Of a stretch of DNA of 64,000 nucleotides, positions 22,747 through 36,099 are shown one piece after another. Source of the DNA: Amphiscolops sp. MND2022 (lineage: Eukaryota); the NCBI GenBank assembly GCA_964187785.1, contig OZ076420.1, positions 25,482,001-25,546,000 on the forward strand, in the 5' to 3' direction. A program made the translations under genes and the position numbers. Positions within the stretch are counted from its first letter, which is position 1. Every line of letters begins with the position of its first letter. The notes beneath the pieces are model-generated. The model worked only from the letters and a program-made list of their open reading frames with translations. It was not told where the DNA came from and did not search any database.

Positions 22747-25700
22747 TTCTAACGAGGTCATATGGGCAAGTAACGAACTTTGCATTTTCGACTCGGTATC
22801 ACACATGTGAGAGAAAAAATGTGTGATAATGGGCGAAAACCTTGAAACTTAACCGGTGAGTTGGTGTTAGGCACCTGCATACGTGTGCCAAGTTTCAAGG
22901 CTGTATGGCTAACAGTCTTTGAGAAAACCCATTTGGAGGGGGTTAAAGATTCATGACGATTGAATTTTCTTCAATTTTTCATCTCAGTTTCGAAGCGCTT
23001 AAAATCTTGTTTCTCAACCACCATCTTCCAAATCGACTGACATTATCTGCCTGCTGATGACTGGCGCCAACATCTACATCTTTCTTACGCCTCTGTTTCA
23101 TCAATAACTTTTAACCACAACGCGAAATAACAGTTTAAACTGCCACTCGGCAAAAATAGCAACATTTCCAAAAATAACCAATTCACCAAAAGTGTGTTTT
23201 AGTAATCACTTTTGAACTTCCTTCTTCATTTCATCATGACATCTCTTTCTTCGTCCACACTTCTTATAATCACATGCAAATTCCCCCTTCTTTTCTTTTT
23301 AACCCGAATCTTTTCTTCTGTATGAATATTCACTCTACAGGTTTTTATTTAATGCCATTGTTTCTCAAAACTGTAAAAGTTCCAAAGAAATCTCTTTTAT
23401 AAAGTACTTTGTGATTTGAAAAATTCGATTTTTCACCTTTTTCACCACTTTCAGTCTTTAAATTTATCCCTCTTCATTTTAACGTACAATTTTCGAGGTA
23501 TTTTCTACTTTCTTTTACAAAAATCATCCTATTAATTAACATGTTTTAATCCACACTCCATATTTTCACCGAGCAACTCCTATAAATTTTAAATGACACT
23601 CCTCGATAACTTCAGTTTTAAACACCTCTTCTTCAAATTTCAAGTCCTATAATTACAATAGAAGCTTACTCACCTCACTCAGTGGCTCCCACTCAAATGA
23701 ATCTTTTAGACCTCGCTCTTCCAATGCCTAAATATCAAAAAAATTACCCGCTAAGTATGAACAACTCCTGAATGAATTTTACTTATATTAGAGATTTGTT
23801 TTTGAAATGAATGAACTTTAATTACACCTATTTGCGACTGGAGCTCTTTCAATCATGTCCTCTTTTAGTTTGTACGACATGACGTCAAAGATCAATGCTT
23901 AAGTTGAACTGAAAACTATGTAGCTTCGTCTGTCAGTTGCTTCATATTTGTCAAAACGGCCGCCAATTCTGACCTCTCTTACTGTTACTTTTTTGCATGT
24001 CAATTTCCGTTTTCCATTGTAACTCGTTCTCTTTCAATAACTGTTCCATCGTTACTCGCTTTTTCAAAAGCCACTCGCAATATACAAAGATGAAATAATT
24101 CAAAACGATAAAATAATTGAAATACGAAAATCTCCCAAGCGAAAATTCCGAAAGGTATAACCAAAATAAAAATTAATCGAATCCTTACACCTCTTAACTC
24201 CACGCAAACTACAATTTGATCAGACTTCCACCAGGTTAAAATGTCTCCAGCAAGAAATTGCATATTCGCCCTCACCTCACGTAAGGAAAGAACAATTAAA
24301 GGAAATAAAGGAAAGAAAAATACATAAAAGCATGATGTAAAAACAAAAACACAGCTCCAAACTAAAAATCACCTTTTAACACTTCCTCTGGTTCTTCTGA
24401 ACTTTGAAATTAACTCTTTTACTATAATAAACCAAACTCAGACATCTGTTTTGAACTCCATAATTTTTTGTGAATTCCACTATATTCTTTGATAAATCAT
24501 TTTGGCTTAATTTTTTTTCAAAACCCGGCCGGATGATATACCTATGATATAATACTTTTTAAACACCCCCCTTGCCCATTGTTTGAATGTCTAGGCTTGT
24601 ACTCGCTGCTTTGAATTTTAATGTATTTCATTTGTATTCAATACTCAGTACTTATTCTATCTGTAAAGCACTTCTTGATTTATAACTATTCACAACGATA
24701 ATAAATCTCTAAATCTCCTACCATCAAGTTGTCACTTCTTCAGGCCTACTAACACTGCAACTATGAAGGAGTCTTTTAGTTTACTGACCATCTCTGAAAT
24801 AATCATCGAACTAAACAATCCAACAACAATCTAAAGTACTTTACAAGACAGTGAAGAAATTAAAGTGTTTTCAGAATTGATTGAAACAGTTGACGCTGCA
24901 ATATAATCCTAAGAAAATGAGCCCGTCAGGCTCCCGCAATTTTTCATGTTTTGTGAAAATTTAGGTTTATGAAGCATAGAAAAGTTTTCGCATATAAAAA
25001 TTGCGGGCGAATTCAGATAGTGCAACTTTTTTGGAAAGTGTTTCATATGTTTCAAAAGGCCAACCCGAATACCAAATGATCACAATTGCTAAGAGTGTCC
25101 CTTCAATTGTAATTTTGTCATGCAAAAGTCAGGACGTTTTACGAAGTGTGACTTTGTAGAACAAGAATTGAGGAACTGTATCTCGACAATGGAACAAAAA
25201 GGAAATATTCGTTTCCATATTTTTATCCTATCTTGAAGATCACATTTATTGATTTTTTGTCCATTGTTTTCCTGGTTTGCAACTCGGACACTCAGGTTGA
25301 GCCTAAGTTTAGACTTCAGAATTCTAAGCTGCGTGATAAAACAAGGCTCAACAAGGCTGAAAATAGAAATGTTTTGTGGAAATCGCTAAGATCAAATATT
25401 TGGAAAACTTCCATTATTTTTATAAGTCCAAAAACCCTCGACATTTTAGAATCTTTTCTTAACTGGAAGCATGGAAAAACACAAATTTGAAAAGAAAGCT
25501 TTTGTTGCAAAATTTGCAAAGTTTCGAAAAACTCATAGCTGTTTGGGGACCATACAGGCTCATGAAATGCTTTTTCTCTGTTAAAAATCTGAAAAAACTC
25601 AATGAAGGTCCCAAACTAATGTTTTTGCATCAGGTGGAATTCGAATTCCCCAGCTATTCACGCTAACCACTAGGCCAAGTAACCAGACTTGAGCGGCAAG

Positions 25701-26062
25701 TGGCGGGACAAAGAGGCGAAAATTACAGGTTTATCAAATTTGTCAGTTCGTAGTTTGCGAATATTATGCGTAGTTTGCGACTAAAGTTTGCGTTTTTTAT
25801 AGAAAGCACCGACTAAAAACTAGCCCAATTTAAAACTCCTTTGTTGAACGGTTTCTAAAGTTTTCCGAAGCACCAAATATAGAATCTTTGTTCCTAACAG
25901 CTTGAAAGTTTTCATCAGAATTAATAAAACCTTGTTAGAAGAGATCGGAAAAGCATTTGGCTGTTTGGTTGAACCACACTCAATTCACTACCAGAGTCAG
26001 TGATTTGAACCTTTGAAAAAGAAACACGCAATTGTTTTGTCAATGTTCGCCCAGTGTGTGTG

Positions 26063-26758
26063 TCAAACGCCATTTTTTGAAACATTCGGAGACTTGAAAA
26101 GTAGTGAAAATGATGGGAAAGTTTCTCGATTGTTTCCGTAAGCGTACTCATAATTGCTCGCAGGCCATTGATAAGGGTCTGTATTGAACAAAAGGTCGAC
26201 TTGTTTTTGCTCCATCCAAGAAATTGTTTTTGTAAGAGCTTCTGAAGGACATTTAGTCAAAATAACATCCGTGGTATCTGCAAAAACTACATATTCATAC
26301 TCTTTCCATATATGGTAATTCTGCTTCAGGGAGTTCAGCTTTCTGAAGCCTGGAGGTAACTCATTCTTTCTTTTTGCGAAGCCGTAGTTGTAGTTGAGAT
26401 TCAAAAACTGGTACCCAAAAATACGTAAAGCTTTTGCTAGATGAACGTGGCAAAAAGTATCCAGGTTGGAAACAGTGACCCATAAAAGTCTTTTCACGGG
26501 AACACAGTTTTCTTGGGAAACGGTCAAGTTCAACAGCTTGGAAATATGAACCTGGAAATGATTGAACAATCCAGCTAAATTGTACCTTTTGCAAGCAACT
26601 TCGACTCTCTCGAATCTTGGACTGAATGGGGCATCTTTTTGCTGTTTGAGATGGATAACCGGAGCCGAAATCTCTTTGAATTTCTTCATCAATTCTCCAA
26701 TCTCCAGTTCATGTGTCAAGGGTATAGAAGGAAGTTGTTCCTCAGAGACTTCGAACAC
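26063..26758 (-). CDS. Duplicate of the 231-codon glycosyltransferase-like ORF
   Basis: I counted 12 substitutions versus the first copy; the frame is intact. Confidence 0.5.
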   Translation of the reverse strand: MFEVSEEQLPSIPLTHELEIGELMKKFKEISAPVIHLKQQKDAPFSPRFERVEVACKRYNLAGLFNHFQVHISKLLNLTVSQENCVPVKRLLWVTVSNLDTFCHVHLAKALRIFGYQFLNLNYNYGFAKRKNELPPGFRKLNSLKQNYHIWKEYEYVVFADTTDVILTKCPSEALTKTISWMEQKQVDLLFNTDPYQWPASNYEYAYGNNRETFPSFSLLFKSPNVSKNGV

Positions 26759-27499
26759 TTGAAGATGGTTCCGGGTTATATTATTACATTTTTGTGCAAA
26801 AATTTGTTTTTGTTTTGGAATTTAAAAACAAATTAAACTTCATGAAACCAAAAAATTTAATCACATGAATGATTCTTTGGTATAATTTTTGTGCGCAATG
26901 TTAGTTTGATTATCCCCTCAAAGTTCCTCGAGAATCATCAAAGTTGCAGTTTATTCAGCAAAATTAGTTTGTTCTATCAAGAGTAACCTAAGAGAACTTC
27001 ATAAAAAGGGTATCATTTTCAACAGTAATTAATAGACAAGATACTCACTTTTGAATGGAAATCATTTATGACTTGTAATGAAATAAAAATTCATGCAATG
27101 ATAAAGTCGAGATAATGAATAAAATGTCGGTATCGACTTTTTCGAGAAGGACTTTGGGATGATTTTTGTTTTTTTTCTCACAAAAAACATTGTAAAAGTT
27201 CTATTTTCTACTCGTTGTTCTTTCAACTATGTAATATTTGTCACTTTTCACATCAACCATCAACCCCAATACTCTGTATCAGGTCAGCGTGCATCGAAAC
27301 ATTCTTTTCAACTCCGAAAAAGTTTCAGAGAACTTAGCGGTAGCGGTATTGGATTCCACTTGATTCTACAAAGACAGTAGATTCAACAAGGATTTTTGAT
27401 AGGATCGGATGAACATTTCCTCTCCATGAGTTTTGCAGAGCCAACCTGTCGAAAAGTTTTTTTTTCTTTTTGAGGTTAAAACCTACTGATCACTATCTG

Positions 27500-28130
27500 T
27501 AAGAGGTTGCACAAAGTTACATAAAGCTCGTCATAAAAAGGCTTCCCAGCTCTAGACGTGGAAAACATGGTTCCGAAAAGAGCAATCGATGAGTTACCTC
27601 ATTCTTTGGTTTCTACAACACTTGCCCATCAACAAATCAAAGTAAGCGGCATATCCGCAAAGGCTCCTGTCTAGTGGCAGTCGGAATGCTCAGATTCTTG
27701 AAGGCAGAGATTCCGTTTCTGGACCGTTTGTAAAAATGACATGGTACTTTAGCATCTAAGAAAAACCGTATACTTAAGATTTGAACTTTGATTTTCAGAT
27801 CAGCAGAGCAATCAAATTAATGACGTGAGACACCTGCTTTCATTCCCCAATTCAACTGTTTCTCCAGAGATGTGATTAGAATACTTGCGAATTCTACTGA
27901 TGAGAATAATCTGAGCTATCTGATTGCCAATTCAAGGTCTCATTTAAGAACCGAAGTACACACTTTTGTAAAACAGCCCAGTTAGAGAATAGTTTCTTCT
28001 CCAGAGCTGCTAAATATCGGAACGATTTACCTGTCGACACAAAAACGCAGCGGTTTTCTAAGGCACGACAAAAACTCAAAAGGTATTTTTTCCAACTCTA
28101 CCTGGATGACAAAGTTAGACCTATTACCCT
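27500..28130 (+). mobile_element. Duplicate of the LINE 3' fragment
   Basis: Near-identical to 19050-19680. Confidence 0.6.
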
Positions 28131-28348
28131 ATTTACGGCAAAACAATGAACATCTTTTCGATTCAAATAAACCGGGGTAGCCCAGAACTCAAAGCAAACC
28201 CATATTGATGGTAAATGATTTTCCAATGACGATACATACATTTTTTTCAATATAAAACATTTTAATGCTTTTTGCTGTCGTCGGCGTAAAATAGCATATT
28301 ATCTAGCGTGAAGTAGTGTCACGACACGCTCCCAGTCGGTGTTCCAAC

Positions 28349-28955
28349 TGTCACGAAGGAATACACAAATTCACCAGAGGACTTGATCACGGAAGGAACC
28401 TTTAAAACGTAAGATCTTTAAATTCTACTTACACTACAGCTAAATAAGAGTGGAAAATTTCTCGCGTAACAAAATTGACGTAAGGACGACGTAACGTTCC
28501 GCGTAATTGTTTCTGAATTAACGAAACTTCCGGTCTATTAATTTTCCGTGACTATTTTTCACTTCCGGTTTAAAATGACAACTAGAAGTCAGAAAAAGAA
28601 AGCAGCAGACGAAGTAGTCTCTAAAGACATAGATACTCTCATAACTGGAAATAATTCTGAGGAAAACCTCATAGCTGGTCCCCAAAGTACAAGTCACCCA
28701 AAGTACAACTCGAAGATCTGGACGAAAAAAAGACGTCACTTGGGAGAGAGATCATGTCTGATCTCTCCAAAATTCTTGCCGAAAATCAAATGGAGATGCT
28801 AAAGTTATTAGCCCCAGTTACAAAAGCTCGAAATAATCATCCAGAAATAGAAGATCTTGATTCTGAAACAGAAGATGTACCTCCTACTATCACTTCTACA
28901 CCTGCTAAAAACAAAACGGCTGCACGTAAAAACACACCGACGATCAGTCGTAACA
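28349..28955 (+). mobile_element. Duplicate solo LTR with the MTTRSQ ORF
   Basis: Termini TGTCACG...CGTAACA with the same flanks as the copy at 19904. Confidence 0.6.
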
Positions 28956-30058
28956 AGTAGTTTGCACGCTAACGTTTTGTAACGTCCACCTACCTGGTGG
29001 ACGTGTTGGAACCCTGTTAGATCTTGTTCCCCTACTTCAATGTATTTCAGCTAAGTGCCATTTTTGGACCTCGGAAGCATATAGCAAGTTGCAGGAACCT
29101 TAGGATTTGTTTTCACAGGCTTGTGGGCCGTGTCCGGATTTGAGAGTACCGTCACGTTGCCTCAGAGCTCCAACATAAGAGCCTCCTTGACGTTTAAAAA
29201 GTCCCCCTAGGAGACCTTTTTGGAACAAATACTAGTGTCTGGCGTTGTAGTAAGACAACGGTCTCCTGTTTAAACAACCTAGGCACCGTTCCAGTTCTAG
29301 CATGTACGCTGCTAGCTTGACGTTACATTTTTTGCGTTAAACACTTGCGTTTCGCGTATAAAATGTAAGCTACTTCAAAGACAAAAGTATCTGTGACATC
29401 ACATGTTTTTGTTTCTCTCATATCTCAATCTTGTTTCACATATTCGTTAAACTGTTGATGACGGACATTTTTTCTGATCACTCAAGCAATATGTTGGCTG
29501 GAGACATGCTCCGGAACCGCGTCATTAGCCAGTTCGTATATTAGTTGGTACATTTGCCCTAATTGTTTTAAAATTTCGATTTTGCTCAGCTTTTCCACTT
29601 TAGGTACTTCATATGTTTTTCTTGCTGGAATGGTATCGAAATAGGTTCGTTATATGGTTCCACGTATGGATTCATGAAAGACTACAGATATGAAGAAGTT
29701 TCTTTCTAGTTGTCTGAACATCAGTTTCTTACGGATCGTAAAAATTTGGTAATACCAGACGTTTTGTGCAAGATTCTGGAAGGTCCAGAAAATACTTGAA
29801 TTGAAAAAAAATATGGAGAATTCTGTATGAATATTCGAAGCAATAAGTTTCTTCCGTGAGAGCCCAGGTTGACCCTCACAGTGTTGTTGTAGCAATATCG
29901 TAGCAAGATCGTATCAAACATGGAACTCGCATTACATGATATCGTACACCACAAAACGCTCAAAATCTAAGATTATCGCTTACATAAAATGATAAAGAGT
30001 GGCAATTAATTTCGCAAAAGTTTCATGGTGCCTTCGTCAAAAACATTATATCTTCCAT

Positions 30059-30475
30059 TGTCGCGATTTTGTTCGTCTTCATAAGAGTCGACTGAACTTT
30101 CTCTAGACATTTGTCTACTCCTGTGTAAAACACTTTTAGGTGGCATTTTCTGCTTCGGCGTTCCGTTGTCGTCCACTGGACCTTTGGTCCTCCACGGTGA
30201 AATTACCTGTCCTTGGGCCAGGATGTAGCCCGTTGGACGCTCAGTCCCCTACGGTAAAATTTAATCTCCCTTGCATTTCTAATGCATTCTGTATAGAAGG
30301 AAGCACGGTATCAGCTATTGCAACAGTGATTGCGTTTTGTATCATCTGAGAATTTAAGCTGGTTTTGATGTCGTTAAGTCTCCTAGACATATGGTTTGAC
30401 AATTCTTCGTTTATCATTCTAGTTGTCTCAATAAAAATCTCACTCCCACCAAGTCGTCCCACGGGAATTCAGGCT
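30059..30475 (-). pseudogene. ORF fragment running to the LTR terminus (TRMINEELSNHMSRRLNDIKTSLNSQ...SVDSYEDEQNRD)
   Basis: ORF 30241-30462 continues, past an in-frame stop and a frameshift, to the terminal cgcgaca. Confidence 0.5.
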
Positions 30476-31961
30476 ACCCATCATCAATGCAGCTTGAGAG
30501 GTCTATTGTCATTTTGCGGTGTGTAGTCTGCTTTGGTTGTGCGATTGGAACGTGTCGAGAGCATGCAATTACTTCGATGTCGCTATTGTCAGAAGGACGT
30601 TCGGCCCCTCCACGGACATCGATAATATGTCCACTTCCATCTCTTCTTCCTCTTCTGACGAGAAACAGGCTGGGCTCACGAGAGAAGTTGCCATTCCGTC
30701 AAAAGCGATTTGAATCTCCATTTTAATTCTATATCTTTTGAGAAAGATTTTCTTCGCAATTTTGTGGTTTATGATTGTCGACCGTCTTACACCTTCCAAA
30801 ATGGAATGAATGATTTTCCTCCGAGATACTTGGACTGGCGGTCTTCCCGTTTCCGCGGGAGTTTCTCGGAGGGGAAACGGTTTCTGATCTTTCCTAAATC
30901 TTTACCAAACATTCCATGTATGTAGAATTTACCCGATTTCCCGAAATGATAACTAAGGTAAATTTCATGTTAATAGATCCTTGAAGGACCTTCTAGTTGT
31001 TTGCGTAACTACTTGATAGCAGTGAATAGGTGTAAAAAGTGTTAACTCAAGTTAACTGCCTGTAAATAAATTCACCATCAAAGGCCTTCAGTCCGCACGG
31101 CTACATCAACCGAAATGATGAATGAGGTGTCGCTGATAAAAGAATGATGAAAATTGATGAAAATTGAAAAAAAAATGACGATTTCAGGTAAACTAACACT
31201 AATCAACTAAACAAACAAATCTCTAAGATGAAATAAAGACATGAATTTCACTGGCAGTTTCAATCCATGATGAAAAAGGTCGTTATTAAATAATGATGCT
31301 AAGGGTACAGGAGATGAGCTGTACATAATTGTAAATGGAGGAGCTAATTAATAAGCCAAGACGTCCATGCGTAAGGTAAGTAGTTAACCGTCTTGCGTTT
31401 TGTACTTCGTGTACATAGTCTCTAAGTCTAGTGAGGTCGGAAAGTATAATTAATGTTATCATATTATAATGTATGTTTTGTGTCTGTGATCCAGTATTCT
31501 TCGCCCCTTTTCATTTTCAACACTCGAGTTGATTGTCACCCCAATTTGTAATTCTACCTATCAAAGGATTTTTATTCCTGAGAACTGTACAGCCGAGTAG
31601 ACATACTGATTAGTCACAGATTATCACGAGCCTTCAAAAGGACAGAGTCAACCCCTTGGGAACATTTTCCAGTCCAATATTTTCAAACGACGTTCGGGAC
31701 AACAATTCTCTTTTCCGTCATGGAATTAACATCAGATTGGTTCTTTCATTTTGTCTAATTAAACTTGATCAGGGTTTAGGTTCGACTAATTGTACTTCCT
31801 CCATCGTGAAATGTTTTCAAACTAAGTTGAATGAGTTGAACTTTACTTCCGGAAGATTTTAAAATGCGGCTTGGATGGATTCATTTGCAGGAAGTGAACC
31901 GCGCGAATTTATTCCTTTCCATTTAGGAACTGAATCAAACGGCCAACAGACCTAGACGTCA

Positions 31962-34900
31962 ATGAATAAAGAAAGCATCAGAGATAACAATCTGACCCAA
32001 CGTCCTGATGAGGCTTTAGAGACCAGTAGTCCCACTGCCGTGGGAGGAGCAGCTTCTTCTTCCAAACAGACAATTTCACCTTCTACTACTCCCAGTCTTT
32101 TACCCACTGCCAAAGAAATCATTGAGGAAAGTGGATCACAGGTTTCATCTGAACAAGAGTCCTCTACTAAAAATGTCGCTTCTTTTACTCCTACAGTTTG
32201 TCAACCAACTTCTCGTCCATCGTCTCCGGATTACACTTCATCCTTTGTCAATCCATTTGCATCTGGAAAAAGCAGTTCTGAAGGAAGAGTCCAGGCATAT
32301 TTGACCCGCAAAATTGAGAGTCTTGAAAGAGATTCACTGGAACAAGAGGCCCTGGTAGGGGCGAGCAAGGATGTAAAGGCAAGTGAGAGTGAACCGATCT
32401 TGATGATCCCCTCCACAAGTTTCCAATTGAGCCCGTCTGGACAAGATCCTACAGGACCTAAAGTGTCATTCCTTGGACCAGTGCTTGATGCTAGTTCACA
32501 AAAAGAACCAGAACGTCCTCAGGGCGCAAACAAACGTCCAAGAATTGGGAGTACATCCTATCATGAAAGTCATCCTCCAGCCAAACAAAGAGCTCCACCT
32601 TCATTTCGCACCACGAACACGAAGAGACGAACACAGAAACTAATGTCGCAAAAGGTCAAAAAGACGTTCGGGCTTTTACAGTTAGCAGTGGTGAATTTGC
32701 AGTTGAAACTGGTTCAACAATCGCTCAGGCTTTAGACTTGAAGTCCCGACAGCTTAACAATGAGTCTAGTGACGCTGAGAGTGCGTTTACCACCGTTGGC
32801 CTCCCTGGGGTTCCTAGAGGTCAAAGTCTCAACCCACTAGCAGGGCGCTCATCAAAGAACACTTCAAAACTAATCAGCCTTTCAATTTTCCCAAGGGACA
32901 CCCAGTTATCGCTTTTACTGAGGACCAATTGAGCAGCGTCCTTAAAGTTGTTGCTGATGAAACAGTGAGGGACATGTTAGAGGGCATTATCCAAACGACG
33001 AGGAGGCTCACTTTAGAAGCCTCTGCTTGCGCCAAGACAACTCCAATGTCCTTAGGGGTCGGACAAAACCAAAGTTCGAGAAGCACTACACCGGGTCAGT
33101 TGAGTGACACGAGTGGCGCTATCTTCAGCGATGATGAGTTCTCCAGTATCGGTTATTCTTACGAAAGGCCAGAAACTGAGGAAATAATTGCTCCACCGAA
33201 AACTTCTGAGGGAGCATCCTGCAGCTATACGGACCATCGGGCCGGCACATCAGCTATAGCTGTCGACAGTCCAGTCGCCAAACCCTGAAGGCTGAAGCGA
33301 TTAAAGACCACAGCAAGCTTCCTCGAAATCAGCGCGGAAGGTTCACTTCCAGTTCCCGGGGTACAGGGACTCGCAGGAAGATCACGAGGTTTTGCAAAAT
33401 AATGAAAGAAGCTTATGTCAAGGGGATGAAATGGACCCGAACATTCGTTTCAGGTCCAGTGGACCCAAGGTGGAACCCTTACAAGTTCTAAAGCCAGATT
33501 TGTAAGGCCAACATCTCCATTTTTGGTAAAGGAGAACGGGAAATTTTGCGCCGTCATTCCTCAGAAAGACATTTACGCAAAGTTCAAAGGTGGCGGTACG
33601 AACTTCTTTACAAGGTTGATCCAGTGACCAAGACGGAAATTCATCATATTCGGGGAAGAGATGGTAAATTACTAACACCCTACCGATTTGAATTGGAATT
33701 GCCTCACTTCTTAGACGCTCCGTAAATGAAATTGGCCAAAATCTCCCATTTTATGAGGAATACATGGCTGGGACAGATTACATGTCCTCTTCATCCGATA
33801 ATCGTGCACGGATCCAATTGTCTGTACTGGCCAAGTTCCTTCCTACCCACGGTGACCTTGAAGTTCCGAAAAGCTTCTGGAGTGACGTCGGAGTCATAGT
33901 CAACCACCAAGCCCTATTTACGGACTTTAACTGGGGGAAGGAGCGATTTAGTGTAAGTAATCATAATTAATTCAGTCTATCCGCTTGCGTTCGCTATTAA
34001 GGTGTGTACTCGTAGTACTATTGGGGACTAATCAATCGATTTTGTATTCAGGTCATATTTCACCACATGTTACTTGAACTGATTGAGGAAATTGGATCCC
34101 AGATCAACTCGTCAGGTGAATACGCAGTGGAATTTGCTACAGATGGCGTTTTCCTCCTGTCATTTGCCAGATTCTGACACGATGACCAAATGTGCCGAGT
34201 GTTCCTCAAACGGACTGGGCGGGTACAGGGCCAGACCTAAGCTGAAGAGTGTCTGATCTCGTATATCATGGCAGCCGTCTCGACAAAGCCACGTCTAGTC
34301 AATTGTACTGGAAGTAGTGCTTGACTGAGTGTTATTGTCCCCAGAACTATCCAAGGTAAATAACTCCACTTTGCTGAGCAGGGACTCGTAGTTTCCATGA
34401 GGGTGAGCGGGCCTTTTCATGTGCGGTTTTCTGCCATTGAGCTTAATTTGGGTATACCTTTTTAGGCCATCCGGACAGGTCAACTTGATGCCAGTGGACT
34501 CCCTGCGCTCTGTCAGGAATTGCTAGACAACTGGTCGAAGGTGGTAGGGTACCTTTCAAAGTTTGCCCCACAACAAGAAAAGCAAGGAGTCCGAAACGAG
34601 GTAAGGAGTAATGTCCTCCTATGTCTAAGATAACCTTGTGTCCAATTTAGTTTAAATCCATAACAATTTCAGCCACAGAACCTGGAATGGTCCATAGTCT
34701 ATGGTGACTTCTTTCCTTGTTGATTGGACTTGTTCTGCCGATTGGTCCGCAATTGTAAGTGGTATATCGTGTGTTAAAGTAACTGTTCGTTTTCCTGAGT
34801 TTATAGTTGTATTCTTTAGACACCAGCAGTTTCATTCTTAACTTAAAGATGAGACGTGATCGGGGGTTTCATGTCCACAAGGAGCTCTGTCAGTATTTAC

Positions 34901-35980
34901 ACAAACTTGCCCGCCGGGGCATTCGACCCACTTGCCTGCCTACAGAAGCTGATTACCATGACATTCTCCGAATTTCCATCCCAGATGCAAAAGCCCTCTC
35001 AGTCGGCAATTTTATATCCCGCTTAAAACTAGGACCCCGACTGGACAATTGCTGCAAGCGTAAATCAGAGAAGGAGCGAAAAGAAGCAAAGAACATTCAC
35101 CTGAGCCTCGAAGAAATAAACGCCAACAATCGTGAGGAATTTGGTCGACAAGCGCGTGGGTATATGCTACATCTTTTCGGAGAAGCTACTGGACTCACCA
35201 GATTTACATCAGATATCGTCAAAAGGTTGGGCTCTTTTGACCTAGAAACCCTGTTCGTGGACACAATGGAGCAGCTGCGTATTGCTTTAAAAAACTGTTC
35301 TCTTATTTCCGACTCAGAGGTGTCTTCCAGCCCGAAGAAGAAACTATCTACGTTGAAGGGTACCTTTCCTTCATTGACGAGATGAGACGCACTCATCCTG
35401 AGATGCAGCAACCTAAGTTACTGATAGCCAACGCCATTGACTTCGTGTCCAAGCATTCTGCCTTAAAGTCCCGAGTATATCTGTCAAGGCTTTTCCGTCT
35501 TAGCTGTCTTTGCATTGATGAACCCAGATTTACATTGCACCTGTTAGATTTAGCTCCAGCAAAACTGATGAACCCACAAGTGTGATGTTCGACATTGTTG
35601 CTCCAATTCAGTCCGGAAATGTCGCACGTGGACTGGACACTCTTGTGTCTGATGGTTCTATTGCCCGTTTTCTGAACCTGGAGAAAGCATTTGGGGGTAC
35701 TGGGCTCAGTAGTACCTACTGTCCTTTGGACGGGATCAATCATTTTAATCGAGTTGCAATCCCGGACTGCATAACTTTCCAATCTACTGAACAGCGCAAA
35801 GTCACCATGAGTGTTAGTGCTGATCCTCAGAGCTCTGGTAAGTCGCCGAAGAAGTCCCGAGACAACAAAGCTAGCAAGCTTCAGAACCAATCAGTGTCAA
35901 GAGGGGATCTATTGAGCGAAGTAGCCAGTCTAGTGCTCGTCCCACTACGCTCTAATCGTCCAATATGTTTTTCTACATGA
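31962..35980 (+). pseudogene. Four-exon accessory gene antisense to pol: Ser/Pro-rich N-terminus, BED-like Zn finger, hAT-transposase-like core; decayed
   Basis: Introns 33953-34051 (GTAAGT..ctaat..TTCAG, phase 0), 34601-34672 (GTAAGG..TTTCAG, phase 0) and 34755-34819 (GTAAGT..TTTAG, phase 1) all join the coding frames. Zn-finger remnant [S]QICKANISIFGKGEREILRRHSSERH at ~33490-33570. Confidence 0.75.
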
Positions 35981-36099
35981 TAAACAGCATTTATTTATTC
36001 AGTTTAATAGTCATCTTTATCCATTTGTTGTCTGATGTCTTTCGTAACTTTCAGTTTAGTAGTCAGCCAGGTCCTTAAAAGATAATATTATTGCTCAAG

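Larger units (their letters stand above)
12562..29206 (+). repeat. Tandem segmental duplication, units ~12562-20749 and ~20750-29206
   Basis: Paired ORFs have offsets 8.18-8.45 kb (14155/22359, 17692/26063, 19449/27894, 20301/28754). The junction aaaagTCCCaaatttctc shares TCCC with both unit ends. Confidence 0.95.

Noticed and set aside
29000-29230. Minus-strand peptide GDFLNVKEALMLEL...YIEVGEQDLTGFQHVHQVGGRY as an exon of the glycosyltransferase gene
   Set aside because: Contains stops in all copies and cannot be linked to the GT ORF from sequence alone.
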